Positions 50,948 to 56,534 of a stretch of DNA of 56,534 nucleotides are shown in pieces. Both the position numbers and the translations under genes were made by a program. The notes under the pieces were generated by a model. That model saw only the letters and a list, made by a program, of their open reading frames with translations, did no database searches and was not told where the DNA came from. This stretch comes from Nemertoderma westbladi (lineage: Eukaryota > Animalia > Xenacoelomorpha), in the NCBI GenBank assembly GCA_032718475.1, contig JAUCBJ010008539.1, positions 1 through 56,534 of the forward strand, read 5' to 3'. The first letter of the stretch is position 1; the number at the start of each line of letters is the position of its first letter.

Positions 50948-52594
50948 CTAATTAACTATAATTGGTAAAAAGCCACCTTCCCCATTTTCCGCTGGGTAGT
51001 GCAGCGAATTGGATCCGCTCACACTCCCCGGAATGGAAGATAGCATCAACCTAAAGTGCGCTCCAATTCCGCTGGAATCCAATCTAGTATCGGATGTGGG
51101 GTGGTATATTTTTCTTGGGACCAGTTTTCCAGACTAGTCCCCATGGGTTTTTTCTCACTACCCATCCTTGGTACATCTGCGAGCTAAGCTGTACCAAGTC
51201 ATCTGGCGTCTCTGTTTAGACGATCGCCCTTTCTCCTCACTCAATGTTATCTCCCCGGGCTCCATCGTCCAACCTCCTCACCTCCTCCTCGCCCCACTAG
51301 TCCCATAGGACTCATTCTCCTCTCTGCTCGCTACCCCACACTTGGATCACGCACCTTTTACTTTTCCTCCAAACTCCAGCACCTCCTCCCCATGCTCCTC
51401 TCATACTCAACCCCTTTTATTCCCACTCTACACGCCTGTTAGCCCACACGACCCACGGTCCCATCAAGTGTCCCTCCTACTCATACCCCCGGTAGCGCCC
51501 GTATGGACGATTCTTATCCCGCAGGATATGAGCTCTCACAATAAATCCTAAACTCCGCCCTGTTGATCAATGACCACACAATCTGGGTTGGCCTACCCCT
51601 CTACTCTTCCTCCCATGTGTTTCCCTAATACGTCTGTTAACCCCTAATCATGACTCCAGCTGGGCTCTATATGGTCCCATTGACCCGGCATTATGACGTA
51701 TGTATGGTCCTGTTGACCCGGCGTTAGTGCGTACGTGTGGTCCCATTGACCCGGCGTTAGTGCGTAAATTATGTACGTTGGTACGTCCGTACCATATGTT
51801 AGTACATGTGTACTACGTATATGTATTGTACATTTGTACCCATCGGACTTACGTAATTATAACTAGCTACTCCTAAATATTATTATTTTTTTTTATATTT
51901 TTATATTTTATTTTCGTGGGAAGGGTGTATCGCCCTCATTCCCACCCCCCTCAGTCCAATTTTTTGGATGACTCATCGACCTAAGGGTGATTCTTCCAGC
52001 AGGCAACTCTCCCACTGCCCCCCTGTAGGTCCTCTTATTCTTCACCCCACTCTCCTTGTTGATTCAAATTCTCTTGGGTCTGACTTTCCCTTCTCCTCCA
52101 CCCTAAGATCGGATCTTTCCATCTCCTCACAGAACTCCTCATCATCCTCTGGCAGCAAAATGCCACCCTTCATCTTGTCATCACTTGGCGGTAGGATGCC
52201 GCCCTTATCTCATCCTCACTGGTACATGCCACCTCTGCTGGCCTCCCCCTCAATATGTGCGCCATCGTTAAAGCCCCCGATGACCCTTTGTCATCCTTCG
52301 GTACGCATAAAGGCTTACCATTTAATGCCCCCTCGCACTCTGCCAGCCCCGTGTACAACACGTCTCCTCTAACTTTCCTGTTTCCTTTGTCACCCTTCGT
52401 CATCGGCTCCTCTCCCTTTGGATTAACCTTCTTACATCCTCTCCCTTTCCACCTTGTCTTCCTTCAGTCGCCACCTTCAGTATGCTTCTTAATTGGACCA
52501 GTGTCTCTTCCTTCTTGTCTAATCAACTATAATTGGTAAAAAGCCACTTTCCCCATTTTCCGCTGGGTTGTGTAGCGAATTGTGTCCGCTCACA
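50948..52594 (-). mobile_element. LTR-retrotransposon-like debris bounded by a direct repeat of about 76 bp
   Basis: CTAAT(T/C)AACTATAATTGGTAAAAAGCCAC...CCGCTCACA at 50948-51023 and 52519-52594. On the minus strand both start TGTGAGCGG, and the left copy is preceded by GGGGAG (PPT-like). No coding motifs recognised. Confidence 0.45.
51671..51766 (+). repeat. 33-bp tandem repeat, 3 copies
   Basis: (A/G)TGGTCCCATTGACCCGGCGTTAGTGCGTA.. at 51671, 51704 and 51737. Confidence 0.85.
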
Positions 52595-53564
52595 TAATCA
52601 TATATGTACCGTGAGAGCCTTTTTTTATGAAAAGGGCCCCGTACGATTGTAAAATATAGTGCTGCTCGAAGGCTTGTCAAATATCAGACTAGCTCTTACG
52701 ATTTGGTTATTAACTTGAGTTTGGAAAAATATATTTTTGGCTATTAACTTGAGTTTGGGAAAAGATATGAGAAAACTACTTGCAGATTTGAAATCTAGAT
52801 TAAATTCGGCACATGATAGAATAAAAAAAGTTTTTTGTCAATTTCCAAAATAGGGGGGTGATCCCCCCCATTAAACCATTATTTATATAGTCAGTTAACA
52901 CACCACCTCCACCAACCTTACATGTGAAGTTACATTTTTAACCAATATTATTATATCTAATACAAAACAGAAATATTAGCACGATAAGGAAAGGCAACCC
53001 AACCAAACTGTAAATGGAAGATGATATTTGAAAACCGAGATAATCATTTAGAAGGCCACCAAAAACTCCACCCAGTATATGGCCAATACTGCCGTTGTTT
53101 GGCAATACACCCTATCCTAAAAAAACACATTTTGAGATATTAACCTAAACGCGTTTCCCCTAATTCAACATTGAAGACATTGTGAGAAATCGCTGATGAT
53201 GGGTCCTAAGGGAACTTAACAGGCTAACTTAGATTTGTTTAATAGAATAGATGGTGAGAGATGACGAAAAAGGGATTAAAGTGATGAAATAAAATTATAG
53301 GGTGTTTTGCCATTCAATGTAAGCTGAGTTGTTAGAGATAGGGTGTTTAACCATACTGGTTCTGGTTTCATAGAAACTAGTATTAAACAGTGTTTTTTTG
53401 TTCTGCCAGCATGTTTTGTAGAGCATTTTGTATCACGTATTATTAGTTTAGAGCTTACTGGAGTTGGGGTGTATTGCCATGTCAACAAGAAGTCAAAATG
53501 ATGAATGATGAGGTGACTAAAATTAATTCCTTCCCAAATAAATACAAAAAGTAAAGGTATTTAT

Positions 53565-56009
53565 TTAACCATCATCCCCCGTTCCAACCCCATCTCCACC
53601 ATCCCCAGTTCCAACAACATCTCCACCTCCCCCAGTTCCAACCACATCTCCACCTTCCCCCGTTCCAACCCCCTCTCCACCTCCCCCAGTTCCAACCACA
53701 TCTCCACCTTCCCCCGTTCCAACCACATCTCCACCTTCCCCCATTCCAACCACATCTCCTCCTTCCCCAGTTCCAACCACATCTCCACCTTCCCCCGTTC
53801 CAACCACATCTCCACCTTCCCCCGTTCCAACCCCATATCCACCTCCCCCAGTTCCAACCACATCTCCTCCTTCCCCAGTTCCAACCACATCTCTACCTCC
53901 CCCAGTTCCAACCACATCTCCTCCTTCCCCAGTTCCAACCACATCTCCACCTTCCCCCGTTCCAACCACATCTCCACCTTCCCCCGTTCCAACCCCATCT
54001 CCACCTCCCCCAGTTCCAACCACATCTCCTCCTTCCCCAGTTCCAACCACATCTCTACCTTCCCCAGTTCCAACCACATCTCCACCTTCCCCAGTTCCAA
54101 CAACCACTCCACCATCCCCAGTTCCAACAACCATTACACCTTCCCCAGTTCCAACAACCATTCCACCATCCCCAGTTCCAACAACCATTACACCTTCCCC
54201 AGTTCCAGCAACCATTCCACCTACCCCAGTTCCAGCAACCATTCCACCTTCCCCAGTTCCAACAACAATTCCACCTTCCCCAGTTCCAACAACCATTCCA
54301 CCATCCCCAGTTCCAACAACCATTCCATCTTCCCCAGTTCCAACAACCATTACACCTTCCCCAGTTCCAACAACCATTCCACCTACCCCAGTTCCAACAA
54401 CCACTCCACCATCCCCAGTTCCAACAACCATTACACCTTCCCCAGTTCCAACAACCATTCCACCATCCCCAGTTCCAACAACCATTACACCTTCCCCAGT
54501 TCCAGCAACCATTCCACCTACCCCAGTTCCAGCAACCATTCCACCTTCCCCAGTTCCAACAACAATTCCACCTTCCCCAGTTCCAACAACCATTCCACCA
54601 TCCCCAGTTCCAACAAACATTCCATCTTCCCCAGTTCCAACAACCATTACACCTTCCCCAGTTCCAACAACCATTCCACCTTACCCAGTTCCAACAACCA
54701 TTCCACCATCCCCAGTTCCAACAACCATTACACCTTCCCCAGTTCCAACAACCATTCCACCTACCCCAGTTCCAGCAACCATTCCACCTTCCCCAGTTCC
54801 AACAACAATTCCACCTTCCCCAGTTCCAACAACCATTCCACCATCCCCAGTTCCAACAACCATTCCATCTTCCCCAGTTCCAACAACCATTCCACCATCC
54901 CCAGTTCCAACAACCATTCCATCTTCCCCAGTTCCAACAACCATTCCACCTTCCCCAGTTCCAACAACCATTCCACTTTCCCCAGTTCCAACAACCATTC
55001 CACCTTCCCCAGTTCCAACAACCATTACACCTTCCCCAGTTCCAACAACCATTCCACCTACCCCAGTTCCAGCAACCATTCCACCATCCCCAGTTCCAAC
55101 AACCATTCCACCATCCCCAGTTCCAACAACCATTCCACCATCCCCAGTTCCAACAACCATTCCACCTTCCCCAGTTCCAACAACCATTCCACCTTCCCCA
55201 GTTCCAACAACCATTCCACTTTCCCCAGTTCCAACAACCATTCCACCTTCCCCAGTTCCAACAACCATTCCACCTTCCCCAGTTCCAGCAACCATTCCAC
55301 CATCCCCAGTTCCAACAACCATTCCACCTTCCCCAGTTCCAACAACCATTCCACCATCCCCAGTTCCAACAACCATTCCACCTTCCCCAGTTCCAACAAC
55401 CACTCCACCTTCCCCTGTTCCAACAACCATTCCACCTTCCCCAGTTCCAACAACCATTCCACTTTCCCCAGTTCCAACAACCATTCCACCTTCCCCAGTT
55501 CCAACAACCATTCCACTTCCCCCAGTTCCAATAATCATTCCACCATCCCCAGTTCCAGCAACCATTCCACATTCCCCAGTTCCAACAACCATTACACCAT
55601 CCCCAGTTCCAATAACCATTCCACCTTCCCCAGTTCCAACAACCATTCCACCTTCCCCAGTTCCAACAACCATTCCACTTTCCCCAGTTCCAACAACCAT
55701 TCCACCTTCCCCAGTTCCAACAACCATTCCACTTCCCCCAGTTCCAATAATCATTCCACCATCCCCAGTTCCAGCAACCATTCCACATTCCCCAGTTCCA
55801 ACAACCATTACACCATCCCCAGTTCCAATAACCATTCCACCTTCCCCAGTTCCACCTTCCGCTTCCCCAGTACCTAACACTACATCACCCATCCCAGGCC
55901 CGCGTCCAACTACTCCATCTCTCCCAGTTCCTATTTCTCCTTCTGATGTAATAACAAATCTAAAAAACGTATCCAGATTCTCTTCCTCGTCATTATTGTC
56001 AAGCTCCAT
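53565..56009 (-). CDS. Hypothetical Gly/Val/Thr-rich tandem-repeat protein (GTGEGGMVV)n with a unique acidic N-terminus and one in-frame TAA at 54681-54683
   Basis: ORFs 54681-56009 and 53565-54674 are in the same frame. The unique leader is MELDNNDEEENLDTFFRFVITSEGEIG. The terminal stop falls immediately after the last repeat. Coding status is unproven. Confidence 0.35.
53569..55860. repeat. 27-bp minisatellite, about 85 units, consensus CCTTCCCCAGTTCCAACAACCATTCCA, in two sequence sub-blocks
   Basis: 9-aa periodicity in the ORF track. The left block (to about 54100) has AACCACATCT and the right block has AACAACCATT. No frame-changing indels are visible. Confidence 0.97.
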
Positions 56010-56140
56010 TTCCCCTTAAAACTTACAAGACTGTTAGCACACTGTTGGTTGTAATAAAGAGTAAATTCCTAACAAAAATCAATATAACTAGATAGGGTAA
56101 ATTAATTTGCGCCAGGTCAAATTAAAATAACTAAAATTAA

Positions 56141-56241
56141 TTTCCCGCCAGACAGAGTTACCTTTAAGTAGTGTAAATAAATATTATTAAATGACAAAAG
56201 ATATTACTTCTGATTGGTCAATTCCTTAAATAATTGATTGG
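56141..56241 (-). promoter_or_regulatory. Candidate promoter motifs upstream of the minus-strand repeat ORF: E2F-like TTTCCCGCC and two CCAATCA boxes
   Basis: TTTCCCGCC at 56141-56149. TGATTGG at 56211 and 56235, 130-230 bp upstream of the ATG at 56009. These are short motifs also common in TE ends. Confidence 0.25.
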
Positions 56242-56534
56242 CTTAAAAGTAAAGCGCAAGGCAAAAAACCCTAACTCAAGGATAGGGTTATTTGGTCGAC
56301 AGAGTTAACAAGGCTAAGCACCCTATGTGGTCGAATTTAGTTATGGGGTGTTTTGCCTCGCAGTTGTTGATTTAAGATGCTGCCATGGGGTGTTTTAAGA
56401 TTGAAAAAGTCCGATTTCGTGAAAGGAACACCCCACTTTTCTTAGTTTCAATGAAAAGAGCGTGTCAAGTTACCCCACTTGGTCAAATAAAATTTTTTTT
56501 GAAAATTTTGAGATAGGGTGTATTGCCAAATAAC

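Larger units (their letters stand above)
53094..56534. mobile_element. Putative non-autonomous TIR DNA transposon (right end runs off the window) with subterminal repeats
   Basis: GTTGTTTGGCAATACACCCTATC (53094-53116) is the reverse complement of 56512-56534 at 22/23 positions. The motif RGGGTGTWTT recurs near both ends (about 53298, 53337, 53465, 56281, 56343, 56386, and reversed at 56317 and 56427). Confidence 0.65.

Noticed and set aside
51342-52539. Pro/Ser-rich short ORFs
   Set aside because: They reflect pyrimidine-skewed repeat debris and contain no recognisable domain.
54055-55788. 577-aa Trp/Cys-rich (WNGCWNWGR)n ORF and the (LELGKVEWL)n ORFs
   Set aside because: These are alternative frames of the 27-bp array. 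They start and stop inside the repeat and have no unique flanking sequence.

Overview
Repeat-dominated eukaryotic DNA, most likely an animal/invertebrate (spliceosomal introns; RTE, CR1-like, copia and Penelope-like remnants). From left to right: (1) two different RTE-clade LINEs on the minus strand (1-2330: endonuclease plus RT, frameshifted, running off the window; 3688-5261: 5'-truncated RT with a (TAG)n tail). Between them lie small inverted-repeat elements and a degenerate Penelope-type hammerhead-like motif. (2) A 34.8-kb uninterrupted satellite (5436-40236) of a 34-bp unit CCGACGCCTCCCAGCCCAGTCAACCAATCACATT with 29-bp variants, CpG decay and layered higher-order repeats, including a 2019-bp HOR. 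The many long plus-strand ORFs there are a by-product of a stop-free monomer. (3) A decayed Ty1/copia element with only its 3' LTR, apparently nested in an old CR1-like LINE. (4) Three phase-compatible exons of a POMGNT1-like glycosyltransferase gene (+). (5) Helentron/HINE-like and LTR-like debris. (6) A candidate TIR element of about 3.4 kb (53094 to the window end) carrying an indel-free 27-bp minisatellite. This minisatellite forms an approximately 810-codon Gly/Val/Thr-repeat frame on the minus strand and a stop-free Pro/Thr/Ser frame on the plus strand. The two least-explained features are this TIR-bounded repeat ORF and the architecture of the 34-bp satellite. All family assignments come from motif recognition, not database searches.
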